From: a virus
Strand: one strand, 5' to 3'
Length of the DNA: 64,000 nucleotides
IMG/VR virus record: IMGVR_UViG_3300021963_000086
Location: 1 to 64,000 of that record
The notes under the pieces were generated by a model. That model made no database searches and was not told where the DNA came from. It saw nothing but the letters and a program-made list of their open reading frames with translations. Position numbers and translations under genes: made by a program. This document shows positions 18,843 through 26,862 of the stretch, piece by piece (within the stretch, counting starts at the first letter, position 1; each line of letters opens with the position of its first letter).

Positions 18843-19206
18843 CTTGTACTTTATCCTTAACTTTGTTACGCGAAGAAATATTCCCGCTGTTGAGTGATTC
18901 CACATCGCTGACAGCTTCTTTAATGGTTGTTGCATAGTTTAGTGCGCTCTGTTTGTTAAGGATAATTGTAGTCTCAAAGTCAGTATAACCGCGAGTCAAC
19001 AAACGCCAAATATGGAACCAGCGTGACTTGCTCCAGAAGTTTGTACGAGTGGTAGTATAGATGGTTACTGTGACTTGGTTGTCGGCTTCAATGTCAATAG
19101 TATGTGTACAGTCGTCATTGCCACACTCGCACACGGCCTTGTACATTTTACTGGTGCCCCAGTCATTGACTAGGAGTACACCTTTAGCTGGCTTTTGTGG
19201 TTTCAT
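18820..19206 (-). CDS. Hypothetical protein (CECG..C.H possible metal site)
   Basis: 128-aa ORF in a packed - strand run. Confidence 0.65.
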   Translation of the reverse strand: MKPQKPAKGVLLVNDWGTSKMYKAVCECGNDDCTHTIDIEADNQVTVTIYTTTRTNFWSKSRWFHIWRLLTRGYTDFETTIILNKQSALNYATTIKEAVSDVESLNSGNISSRNKVKDKVQDEKETSN

Positions 19207-19436
19207 TGCATTACTGGTTGTTCAATTCTTTGAACTTTATCTTTCTTTTCTACAATGCCGTCTACTAATTTGTCAAAATCAGAATCAGATAGAACAGTTT
19301 TATAAATGGTCATAGCCTGAGCTAGCATGACTCCTGCTAATACCGTAGGGTCATATTCATTTTTAGAAAGATGGGAAGTTAGTTCCCAGTATAGTTGATA
19401 TGCGTTTTCTAAATTTTTGTCCATATTAGCAACCAT
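19203..19436 (-). CDS. Hypothetical protein
   Basis: ATGA overlap with the next gene; start may be 19424. Confidence 0.6.
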   Translation of the reverse strand: MVANMDKNLENAYQLYWELTSHLSKNEYDPTVLAGVMLAQAMTIYKTVLSDSDFDKLVDGIVEKKDKVQRIEQPVMQ

Positions 19437-20031
19437 TATTGTTCAATGATCGAACTACATCGTCAAACGCAGGATTGTTTGCTAGTCTAATAGCAAATGC
19501 AACTCTGCAATTTTCATTAGTACGATTATCTATAGAATGCCAAAAATCTACTTTAAATGCAGTAGGACCACTGGCATCACACTCGTCGATAATTTCCCAA
19601 TCCTTAGGATCAGCTTGATTAGCTCCTTCAGGGAATCCTGCACGTGGCCCGTTACGATAATCAAAGAAACCTAATTTATATTGATCGGCACGTACCCAAA
19701 CCATTCTACTCCCGTTACATCCTCGTAAAGGTAAGTTAATGGTTGCATGACGAGGATCATGTGCTCTATCAATATGCAATCCGCCCATGACTTTTTCTCG
19801 GCACACAAATATATTGATGTGATCAACACTCAAGCCTGCTGTATACAAGTCTCTAATAATTTCTAGATCCGTACCTAAATCTTCTAGGACTTCCATAGTA
19901 AAAGGATCCCAATAATGGTTTCTTTTTACAGTATCTCTTCGTTCAACCATTGCGTCGATGTCTTTGCTAAATTTAGCATTAATTTTTGCTATATCATCGG
20001 CGTATGATTTTTGTAAATGATAATAGTTCAT
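19426..20031 (-). CDS. Cupin / Fe-2OG oxygenase-like protein
   Basis: LHID ... WHSIDN ... RVAFAIR facial-triad pattern. Confidence 0.6.
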   Translation of the reverse strand: MNYYHLQKSYADDIAKINAKFSKDIDAMVERRDTVKRNHYWDPFTMEVLEDLGTDLEIIRDLYTAGLSVDHINIFVCREKVMGGLHIDRAHDPRHATINLPLRGCNGSRMVWVRADQYKLGFFDYRNGPRAGFPEGANQADPKDWEIIDECDASGPTAFKVDFWHSIDNRTNENCRVAFAIRLANNPAFDDVVRSLNNNGC

Positions 20032-20483
20032 TACCCACCCCTTGGTAGCTCTTTATATGCTTTGTAGTAAAGCAGTTCCCTACCTGTTTCTTTTACGTTT
20101 TTAATGGCTACATCATTATTTACATGTACAAGGCTGGAGATTGATTTCTTCCCTCGTTCAACTTGAATACTTTCAAATAATACATACATGGCTTTGTGCA
20201 AGCCCCTGCCTCTGTAACTAGGTACAACAGAAGTCAATGTAATCCATACTGTTTCGGCATCCCCGTCTTGATAACAAAGGTACCCTACACATTTATTTGA
20301 TTCAGGATCTATAACGGCAACTACTTTAGATGTGCTCTGCCAGCCCTGAATAGGTTGGGCCCAACCTTTATCTACCATTTCTGCCCATGCAATAAGATGC
20401 ATACTATAGCACGGACTGTTATCTAACGGACCATGATATATTTTGTAATCTCTATTAAACTTGTCTTTGAGTCTGTATTTCAT
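20031..20483 (-). CDS. GNAT family acyltransferase
   Basis: YRGRGLH; VHVNN; AEMVDKGW shared with 7916..8377. Confidence 0.8.
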   Translation of the reverse strand: MKYRLKDKFNRDYKIYHGPLDNSPCYSMHLIAWAEMVDKGWAQPIQGWQSTSKVVAVIDPESNKCVGYLCYQDGDAETVWITLTSVVPSYRGRGLHKAMYVLFESIQVERGKKSISSLVHVNNDVAIKNVKETGRELLYYKAYKELPRGG

Positions 20484-20637
20484 TCTTAGTTTGGAACCTG
20501 TATTCGCGTCTCAGCCACCACTTATACTTATCAAAGTATTCTTTCATGGAATACGGCAATTCGTTAAAATTTTCGTGCTCGGCGCAGTTGTCAAGCCAAA
20601 TGTTACGCAACCAATTTTGGAAATGACTATTTTTCAT
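20455..20637 (-). CDS. Hypothetical protein
   Basis: 60-aa ORF in operon, overlapping neighbours. Confidence 0.6.
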   Translation of the reverse strand: MKNSHFQNWLRNIWLDNCAEHENFNELPYSMKEYFDKYKWWLRREYRFQTKNEIQTQRQV

Positions 20638-20711
20638 TTGTTAAGAAACTCGATAATATCTGGTGCAAATACAAAGCACCAAAATCCGGCCCACACAATT
20701 ACAACTACCAT
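20634..20711 (-). CDS. 25-aa hydrophobic micropeptide
   Basis: MVVVIVWAGFWCFVFAPDIIEFLNK with AGGAG RBS and ATGA overlap. Confidence 0.5.
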   Translation of the reverse strand: MVVVIVWAGFWCFVFAPDIIEFLNK

Positions 20712-20713
20712 AG

Positions 20714-20872
20714 TTAACTCCTAAGCTCAAATAATTCTGCGTATTCCTCGGCATCTGATTTGTCTCGAAATGGCCGCATTTCTACTAAGTTATCGTCCTC
20801 ATCAAAAATCATAACTTGCCATACAGTACGAACTTCGTCCATATCTAAACATACTTCTGCATATTTTGTCAT
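20714..20872 (-). CDS. Hypothetical acidic protein (52 aa)
   Basis: Not in the ORF track; MTKYAEV...ELRS, GGAG RBS, ATGA overlap. Confidence 0.6.
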   Translation of the reverse strand: MTKYAEVCLDMDEVRTVWQVMIFDEDDNLVEMRPFRDKSDAEEYAELFELRS

Positions 20873-21096
20873 TCTTCAACTCCGAAATGTTCTTTAATCA
20901 AATCAAACGCTTGACCACGACTGACCATATCACGCAACATAGGACTCAAGGCTACACCACATTCCCTCACAATCAACTCGGCGAACTTTTCAACTTCGGT
21001 GCCCAACAACACATTGGCAGACTTGTATTCGTCCTGTGAAGCCAATGCTTCTTTTGGACGACAGGATCTATATAGTTCTGTTAATCGTTCGTTCAC
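20869..21096 (-). CDS. Hypothetical phage protein (EKFAELIVREC...IKEHFGVEE type)
   Basis: ORF with AGGAG RBS, overlapping the ligase stop. Confidence 0.7.
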   Translation of the reverse strand: MNERLTELYRSCRPKEALASQDEYKSANVLLGTEVEKFAELIVRECGVALSPMLRDMVSRGQAFDLIKEHFGVEE

Positions 21097-22406
21097 AGTT
21101 TTTCTCCTGCTTCAAAGCCACGGAATCGAAGGAAACGGGGGAAACGTAGACTGTAAGTGCCATCTTGATTTTGTGTTACTGCATCAGCACGGACTTCAAC
21201 AACCTGTCCAAACAGTTTATTACGGTTGCCCCAATATTGATCTCGATTGTCATCAGTAAAGCCCGAACCTACGTTAACAGTAATGTCCTTACCGTCATCA
21301 TGACCTTCGCAAATAATTGCACCTAGCTTACCTACGTTCTTGCCTGTGCCTTCTTCAACACCAACAACATTCAAACTAACTTCAATAAAAGGCTTGAGCT
21401 TGAGCCAGCTGGTAGTGCGTTTACATTCGTATTTGGCATTAGGATCTTTAATCATAATACCTTCATAGCCACCTTGAATAGCTTTGGCATTAATTTCTTT
21501 GAAACGCTTCTTACCTTCAGCTGTACCCAAATCTACTTCTTCGTGATCAAGGATAGCAACGTTAGGAGTTTCTGCGTCCCACAAGTCTTTCCATGCTCTG
21601 AGTTTAGCAGAGCGATCTACTTGTTTGCGGTCCCACTTGCCGATGTTAAAATCTTTCAGCGGAATAAAATCAAATAAGTGCAGTACAGCATCACCGGCAG
21701 ACACATCGCTTTTACGATGCACTTGCTTCATAAGATCCTGAAATGAGCTGGACATAACTTCGCCATCAAACACTACAGGCTCAGTGATACCAGTTACAGT
21801 TTTTGCAAATTGCTTTTTGATATGCTCAAAGTTTACAAGTTCTTTGCCGTTGCGGCTGAATTGATCAACACGGCCATCAGGATATACAATAGTAAGGACA
21901 CGCACTCCATCAAGTTTAACTTCGATGAGTTTTCTGCCGCCAACTTTGCTCTCATGATTAGCACTATCGTGAGCAAGCTGACAACTAAAAACAGGGACAC
22001 TATAATTAGCATATTTTTTTCCTACTACATTATTGATAGTTTTTTCACTAACACCACAACGCAGATCTTTAATAAGAATGCGGCGATACCAATTATTCCA
22101 TTCGTCTTGTTTAGCGGCACTTAGGCAAAGCTCAATGGCGTCCTTGGCCGCATGACCGGTTAGATTGCGATTAGCAAGATCATCTGCTAGTGCTTTGAAC
22201 GCAGACCAGGGTAAGCCTTGCCCATCAGGTCCACCGTGTGTAGGTACTTTCTTAACACCAAAAGTTACCATGCAGTCAAGTGCCATACAAGCACCTTCAA
22301 AAAACTCTGTATTGCCAGCTTCGGCTTCTTGGGCAATAATTGCCTCTTTAACTAGGCGGCTGTTATCTGCTTCTAGGCTAGCAATAACTTCCCAAGGTTT
22401 ACGCAT
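21093..22406 (-). CDS. ATP-dependent DNA ligase
   Basis: KLDGVR adenylation motif, FDGE, EGIMIK, WLKLK, VGSGF, SLRFPRF. Confidence 0.95.
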   Translation of the reverse strand: MRKPWEVIASLEADNSRLVKEAIIAQEAEAGNTEFFEGACMALDCMVTFGVKKVPTHGGPDGQGLPWSAFKALADDLANRNLTGHAAKDAIELCLSAAKQDEWNNWYRRILIKDLRCGVSEKTINNVVGKKYANYSVPVFSCQLAHDSANHESKVGGRKLIEVKLDGVRVLTIVYPDGRVDQFSRNGKELVNFEHIKKQFAKTVTGITEPVVFDGEVMSSSFQDLMKQVHRKSDVSAGDAVLHLFDFIPLKDFNIGKWDRKQVDRSAKLRAWKDLWDAETPNVAILDHEEVDLGTAEGKKRFKEINAKAIQGGYEGIMIKDPNAKYECKRTTSWLKLKPFIEVSLNVVGVEEGTGKNVGKLGAIICEGHDDGKDITVNVGSGFTDDNRDQYWGNRNKLFGQVVEVRADAVTQNQDGTYSLRFPRFLRFRGFEAGEKL

Positions 22407-22548
22407 ATTCTTTCTCCGGCCGGTAGCCTTGATGTTTATCTAGCCACTCATTATATTCTTTGCAGAACTCTGCATACTCTTCGGGAGTCATTTCATAAAG
22501 TGCAGGAATGCACTCGTCGCATTGAATTTCAGTATCAAAATTGTCCAT
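22399..22548 (-). CDS. Hypothetical protein
   Basis: Likely start MDNFDTE; overlaps the ligase start. Confidence 0.5.
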   Translation of the reverse strand: MDNFDTEIQCDECIPALYEMTPEEYAEFCKEYNEWLDKHQGYRPEKEYA

Positions 22549-22558
22549 GATGGTTACC

Positions 22559-22879
22559 TTAAGCAAGAGCCAATTCTTTCGCACCAAAACGAATCACGCC
22601 TTCGTACTCTAACTGGCTCTTTTCGAACTCAGTGAGGTAGTCGTCGGCTACAACTTCCCAGTCGATAATATGCTCGCGGAAAGCATCATTGTCGGATTCA
22701 ATCTGCGAACGCAGAGCCCTCACGACTTCAGTAACACGACCAAAATCCTTAAAGTTCTTAACCACATAGTCCGAACCGCCCTTGGCCTTCCAATAGGCGT
22801 TCTCGCCAGTGCCCAAGGAGCCGTCTTCCATCCAAGCATAGTTTTCGTAAACTTGGGTAGTAATCAGCAGTTTAGCCAT
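22559..22879 (-). CDS. Hypothetical early protein (TQ..ENY..YWK.KGG..Y type)
   Basis: Own promoter and AGGAG RBS. Confidence 0.75.
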   Translation of the reverse strand: MAKLLITTQVYENYAWMEDGSLGTGENAYWKAKGGSDYVVKNFKDFGRVTEVVRALRSQIESDNDAFREHIIDWEVVADDYLTEFEKSQLEYEGVIRFGAKELALA

Positions 22880-22910
22880 TTTCGAACTCCTTTTGCGTTA
22901 CAATATCAAT

Positions 22911-22939
22911 ATTATACAACAAATTGGATTTATTGTCAA
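22911..22939 (-). promoter_or_regulatory. sigma70 early promoter
   Basis: Perfect TTGACA-17-TATAAT. Confidence 0.85.
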
Positions 22940-23361
22940 GCCACGGTATAGGGCTTGTTCCAAGCGCCAACACTCAGATGCGTATAAAATGCAGTATCAA
23001 AATAATCGGTCATTGCGTCCGAATTGTCGTAAAACTTTTTACCACCTGCACGGCCTGGAGCATTGTGCATGATTTCGTTAATTTTGGTAAGAGCATCACA
23101 AGCCTTTTTATTGTGACCCCAATGATCTTTGATCCAGTACTGGTTGATTTGCAAGGAACGGTTTTTGCGAGCATACTCTGCTTCGCGGGCATCAACACCC
23201 TTGGCACAATATGCTTCAATAAAGTCAACATTGCCCTGTTGAACGGTTACATCAACTGACAGGCCACCCCCGGTCTTACGAACGCTGAACTTCCACTTAG
23301 GAAAGTGTTGCTTGAGTTCTGTACGAATTGCTTTGACATCTTCTGCGGAAATGTAAGCCAT
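22936..23361 (-). CDS. LPD29-like (large polyvalent protein-associated domain) early protein
   Basis: IRTELKQHFP..KFSVR N-terminus and YDNSDAMTDYFD C-terminus. Confidence 0.7.
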   Translation of the reverse strand: MAYISAEDVKAIRTELKQHFPKWKFSVRKTGGGLSVDVTVQQGNVDFIEAYCAKGVDAREAEYARKNRSLQINQYWIKDHWGHNKKACDALTKINEIMHNAPGRAGGKKFYDNSDAMTDYFDTAFYTHLSVGAWNKPYTVA

Positions 23362-23393
23362 TTATGGACTCCTGTTTGTTAACGTATGCCATA

Positions 23394-23422
23394 ATTATAG
23401 CAAAATACGAATATTTGGTCAA
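23394..23422 (-). promoter_or_regulatory. sigma70 early promoter
   Basis: TTGACC-17-TATAAT with extended -10 TG. Confidence 0.8.
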
Positions 23423-23432
23423 CCACTATTTT

Positions 23433-23450
23433 TGTGGCTTTTTTGCAACA
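23433..23450. promoter_or_regulatory. 18-bp palindromic operator-like site
   Basis: TGTGGCTTTTTTGCAACA, matching three TGTTG-N8-CAACA copies elsewhere. Confidence 0.55.
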
Positions 23451-23462
23451 TTTTTAGCTGTA

Positions 23463-23684
23463 CTACTTAGGTATTACACCGCTTAAAGTTTGCAAAAACT
23501 CTTCTTCTTGTGGCAAATATGCAACAGGTTTAACCCAACCCTTGTTGACACATTGCACAAGAATCTGCTTATACATATCCGGGCAGGCTTCGTCGATTTC
23601 TATCGCGGCTCGTCTAAACAATACAGGTCCTTCGATCCAGGTCCATTCTTTGTCGCCTGCTTTAATTGTTTTTGCCATATTCAT
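23463..23684 (-). CDS. Hypothetical protein
   Basis: Likely start MNMAKT. Confidence 0.6.
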   Translation of the reverse strand: MNMAKTIKAGDKEWTWIEGPVLFRRAAIEIDEACPDMYKQILVQCVNKGWVKPVAYLPQEEEFLQTLSGVIPK

Positions 23685-23765
23685 CCAATCGGTGTAGATG
23701 TTAAATATAGTTGATGCTACAATAAACACTTTACACTCACTTGCATCATTTGTAAAGAGATAATT

Positions 23766-24305
23766 ATGTCAGACACATTAGTTTTGAACGCAGACTACAG
23801 CCCACTATGCTTAGTACCATTAAGTGTAATTGATTGGCAAACCGCAGTAAAGGCGGTATTTTCCGACAAAGTCACAGTAATCAAAAATTACGATGATTGG
23901 GTAGTACATAGTCAGCATTTGGCATTTCCTGTGCCAAGCATTGTTGTGACTAACACATACATTAAACCAGAATATACTGTTGCGTTTAACCGCAAGATGG
24001 TATATCTGCGCGACCGTCATACTTGCCAATACTGTGGCGGGAAATTTGAACACAAGGATTTAACTTTTGACCATGTAATGCCTCGCTCTAAAGGAGGAGA
24101 AACTACATGGGACAACGTTGTTACTGCTTGTGTTACCTGTAACTTCTTAAAAGGTACACAGCTTATCGACCCGTTAAACGAGCCTCGAGCTCCTACATAT
24201 TGGGAAATGGCGAAGTTAGTACGCAGAACCCATATTCATATCAAGGATCCGGCCTGGAATGAATACTTAAATTGGCCAGATGAGCTAATAAGAGCAGTAG
24301 GATAA
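23766..24305 (+). CDS. HNH endonuclease (McrA-like)
   Basis: LVLNADY.P, RD..TCQYCG, TFDHV.PRSKGG..W.N.V.AC..CN..K. Confidence 0.92.
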   Translation: MSDTLVLNADYSPLCLVPLSVIDWQTAVKAVFSDKVTVIKNYDDWVVHSQHLAFPVPSIVVTNTYIKPEYTVAFNRKMVYLRDRHTCQYCGGKFEHKDLTFDHVMPRSKGGETTWDNVVTACVTCNFLKGTQLIDPLNEPRAPTYWEMAKLVRRTHIHIKDPAWNEYLNWPDELIRAVG

Positions 24306-24326
24306 AAAGCCCCTCGGGGCTTTTTA
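24303..24326. terminator. Bidirectional intrinsic terminator
   Basis: TAAAAAGCCCC-TC-GGGGCTTTTTA between convergent genes. Confidence 0.85.
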
Positions 24327-24542
24327 TTTGGCTCCGTTAAATTTTCTATCGTTGCCCCAAACAAGTGACATGATCAATTGATCATTCTTGTCGGCAAAGT
24401 ACCATGTCATGACCTTTTCGTTCAATTCTGTGGTATACTTGTCTCCGGGTAACCCGAACTGTTCTATAACCCAAATGCAGACTTCGTTCCAATGCTCCAT
24501 GTGAGGGTTATTATCCCATTCTAACGATACTGGGTTATTCAT
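24324..24542 (-). CDS. Hypothetical protein
   Basis: 72-aa ORF overlapping the upstream stop. Confidence 0.65.
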   Translation of the reverse strand: MNNPVSLEWDNNPHMEHWNEVCIWVIEQFGLPGDKYTTELNEKVMTWYFADKNDQLIMSLVWGNDRKFNGAK

Positions 24543-25392
24543 AGATCTCTTTGTTCTCTAAGGCAGACACAAAGATCTTAAACACATTAACGGCATCAGC
24601 AGTAGCTAGTACTTTGTCGCCGTTAACGTATGCTCGAGATTTTTGGAATTTAGCATCTAGTCCGTTTTTAACACAAACATCAGTAAACGATTTTCTAAAG
24701 GTCGGCGTATCTGATTTACCAGCATGCCAAATGTCAACAAAGTAGCCTTCGGTTTTGTAAGGTACAATACCAACGTTCATACCAGTATTGCCTACGTTAT
24801 TTTTGCTACAGTATCGACCTGTTACGTTAGTAAATAATCCGCTGTTGTCATTAAACAACTGTTGTAGATGATCTGCTTTGTTTTGGTCAATTTCATTTAC
24901 AGTAGCACTCTTACGTACAACTTTCTTATCGGCAAGTTGAGTAGGACGAATAAGAGGGACAAATTCGCAATGCAGATCTTTTGCCGTTTGGAAGATTAAA
25001 ACACTTACTAATGTAACACGCAATGGTGTATTCTCGTTGACCCATTTAACATAACCTTTGATATGTTCGTCGGCATCTTCGCATATAAGGACTCCGTCGT
25101 CACATTTTTTATCATACATGTAATAGGTAATTTTACTAGCATGAACGGCATCTAGCCACCCAGATGCATCTTGACTTTCAACGCATAATACTATTTCGTC
25201 ATCGCTGTCACGAATAACAAGGTCTACTCGTTTACTGTGGCTTGTGTGTTCTTCTGGGGTGACTTTATATCCGTCTTCGTAGGACAAATCAAGGGCATTA
25301 AGTAATCGAGTAGATGTTTCGGGATTGTTAGCGATAAACTTTGTAAATGCTACTTCGCCCCCAAAGCCATCTTTAATGTTAGTACGTTTCAT
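24535..25392 (-). CDS. PD-(D/E)xK-like nuclease-fold protein
   Basis: E...RVDLVI...VESQ...D..H..K.I.Y pattern. Confidence 0.55.
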   Translation of the reverse strand: MKRTNIKDGFGGEVAFTKFIANNPETSTRLLNALDLSYEDGYKVTPEEHTSHSKRVDLVIRDSDDEIVLCVESQDASGWLDAVHASKITYYMYDKKCDDGVLICEDADEHIKGYVKWVNENTPLRVTLVSVLIFQTAKDLHCEFVPLIRPTQLADKKVVRKSATVNEIDQNKADHLQQLFNDNSGLFTNVTGRYCSKNNVGNTGMNVGIVPYKTEGYFVDIWHAGKSDTPTFRKSFTDVCVKNGLDAKFQKSRAYVNGDKVLATADAVNVFKIFVSALENKEIYE

Positions 25393-25775
25393 GATTTACC
25401 TTTCATACGATTGAAGTCACCATTTAGCTGTCCTTTTAGTTTGTGACAAATAGGACATAGTTCTTCTAAATTAGACGGGTCATTGTTATTTCTGTCTCGA
25501 TCCTTATGATCGATTTCTGTCATCCCCTTGGCCCACTCTGGAATTTTAGAATAGTCAAGGGGGCATGGGAAATTTAGATGACCGTCGGTGTTACTACACT
25601 TACCGGTTTTAAAAGGAGTTACCCCTGCGGCATGGGGGTATTTTCCGTAGCTTGCGGCTTGACAATGCCCGCAATGAATGCGATAGCGTTTATTGCCTTG
25701 CTCGTCTTTACCGGAATATGTAACAGGTTTGTCACATCCGTAGTTGATACAAGTTGGACGAATTTCTGTTGTCAT
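25389..25775 (-). CDS. Zn-finger HNH endonuclease-like protein
   Basis: EIDHKDRDRNNNDPSNLEELCPICH..K; N-terminal Cys pairs; likely start MTTEIRP. Confidence 0.8.
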   Translation of the reverse strand: MTTEIRPTCINYGCDKPVTYSGKDEQGNKRYRIHCGHCQAASYGKYPHAAGVTPFKTGKCSNTDGHLNFPCPLDYSKIPEWAKGMTEIDHKDRDRNNNDPSNLEELCPICHKLKGQLNGDFNRMKGKS

Positions 25776-25776
25776 A

Positions 25777-26163
25777 TTATCTCCGCATACTTGAAATTTC
25801 CACGGCTTGCTCATCGGTAAAGATGGGTACAGCATTTGACTTGTGCATTGTACCGATACCTTTTATAGCAGTACCGGTATAGACTTTGTCTGGTGACTTG
25901 AGACAAGGGCTCATGTCTGCAGGATCTCGACTAGGGATTTTTGGTCCTGTATCACGAATGTATGTTTTGGGTGTAGACAGTAAAGGAGCAGTTAGGGCTT
26001 GCTTGCGCTTCTTTTCTTCTTTAATTCCGTGGGCGTTTTTAATGCGTTCCCATGACTCTGCAAGCTCGCGAGATTTACGTGCTTCTTCAGCATTTTTGAA
26101 CTTTTTCTTACCTTTTTTCTTGCCCGTAGTACTGAGCCAAGGACCCTCTAAGTGCATAGACAT
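25777..26163 (-). CDS. Conserved basic T4-like phage protein (YTG..I.GI.TMHKSNAVP)
   Basis: Recognisable C-terminal motif; GGAGG RBS; own promoter. Confidence 0.75.
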   Translation of the reverse strand: MSMHLEGPWLSTTGKKKGKKKFKNAEEARKSRELAESWERIKNAHGIKEEKKRKQALTAPLLSTPKTYIRDTGPKIPSRDPADMSPCLKSPDKVYTGTAIKGIGTMHKSNAVPIFTDEQAVEISSMRR

Positions 26164-26199
26164 AGTGCAAAAACCTCCAAAATTAACACCAATAAATAT

Positions 26200-26228
26200 A
26201 GTATAACATCAAATTTTTAATTTGTCAA
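26200..26228 (-). promoter_or_regulatory. sigma70 promoter
   Basis: TTGACA-17-TATACT. Confidence 0.75.
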
Positions 26229-26229
26229 G

Positions 26230-26460
26230 ATGGAAAATCCTCAAGGATATCAATGTGATGCAACAGACTGCGGCATTATTATTAAAGCCGACGGTCGGGT
26301 TGAACTGGTTTATCCTGTAGATTCTACAGGGACATCGGTGCCACAGCACGTAATGGTTTTTAAGAAAATGGTAGAATTAGTAAACGAACATATTTTACAC
26401 GAAGATGAAATAACTGAGTTAACAGATTCTATTAGATCTTCCGATCGAACTTTGCATTAA
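26230..26460 (+). CDS. Hypothetical protein
   Basis: 76-aa ORF downstream of an AATAAATA late-like element. Confidence 0.55.
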   Translation: MENPQGYQCDATDCGIIIKADGRVELVYPVDSTGTSVPQHVMVFKKMVELVNEHILHEDEITELTDSIRSSDRTLH

Positions 26461-26493
26461 AATATAAGATAATTTTACTGGTAAATATGGTAT

Positions 26494-26862
26494 ATGGCTA
26501 AGTTTAGATACAAAGGTTTTTCAACATTAACAGCAGGTAATAGACTGTATGATATTTCATTAGCAAAACAAGACCTGTTGAATCAAATTATGACTAAAAA
26601 AGGCGAGCGTGTAATGGCTCCTGAATTTGGTTGTATCGTATGGGACTATTTGTTTGATCCGTTAACGCCTGCCATACAAAAAGTTATTAGGGATGACATA
26701 ATTCGTATTGTTTCAGAAGATGTTAGATTTTCTACCATTAGTATTGACCTAACTGAACAAAACAGTGGATTTACGTTAACTATTAACCTACTATATATTC
26801 CTGAGGATTTGACTGATATGTTAGTTGTAGAATTTGATAAAACAAGAAGTGAGGCTAGATAA
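26494..26862 (+). CDS. Baseplate wedge subunit, gp25-like
   Basis: T.KGERVM.PEFG..VWDYLFDP; TAAATA 6 nt before the ATG. Confidence 0.9.
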   Translation: MAKFRYKGFSTLTAGNRLYDISLAKQDLLNQIMTKKGERVMAPEFGCIVWDYLFDPLTPAIQKVIRDDIIRIVSEDVRFSTISIDLTEQNSGFTLTINLLYIPEDLTDMLVVEFDKTRSEAR

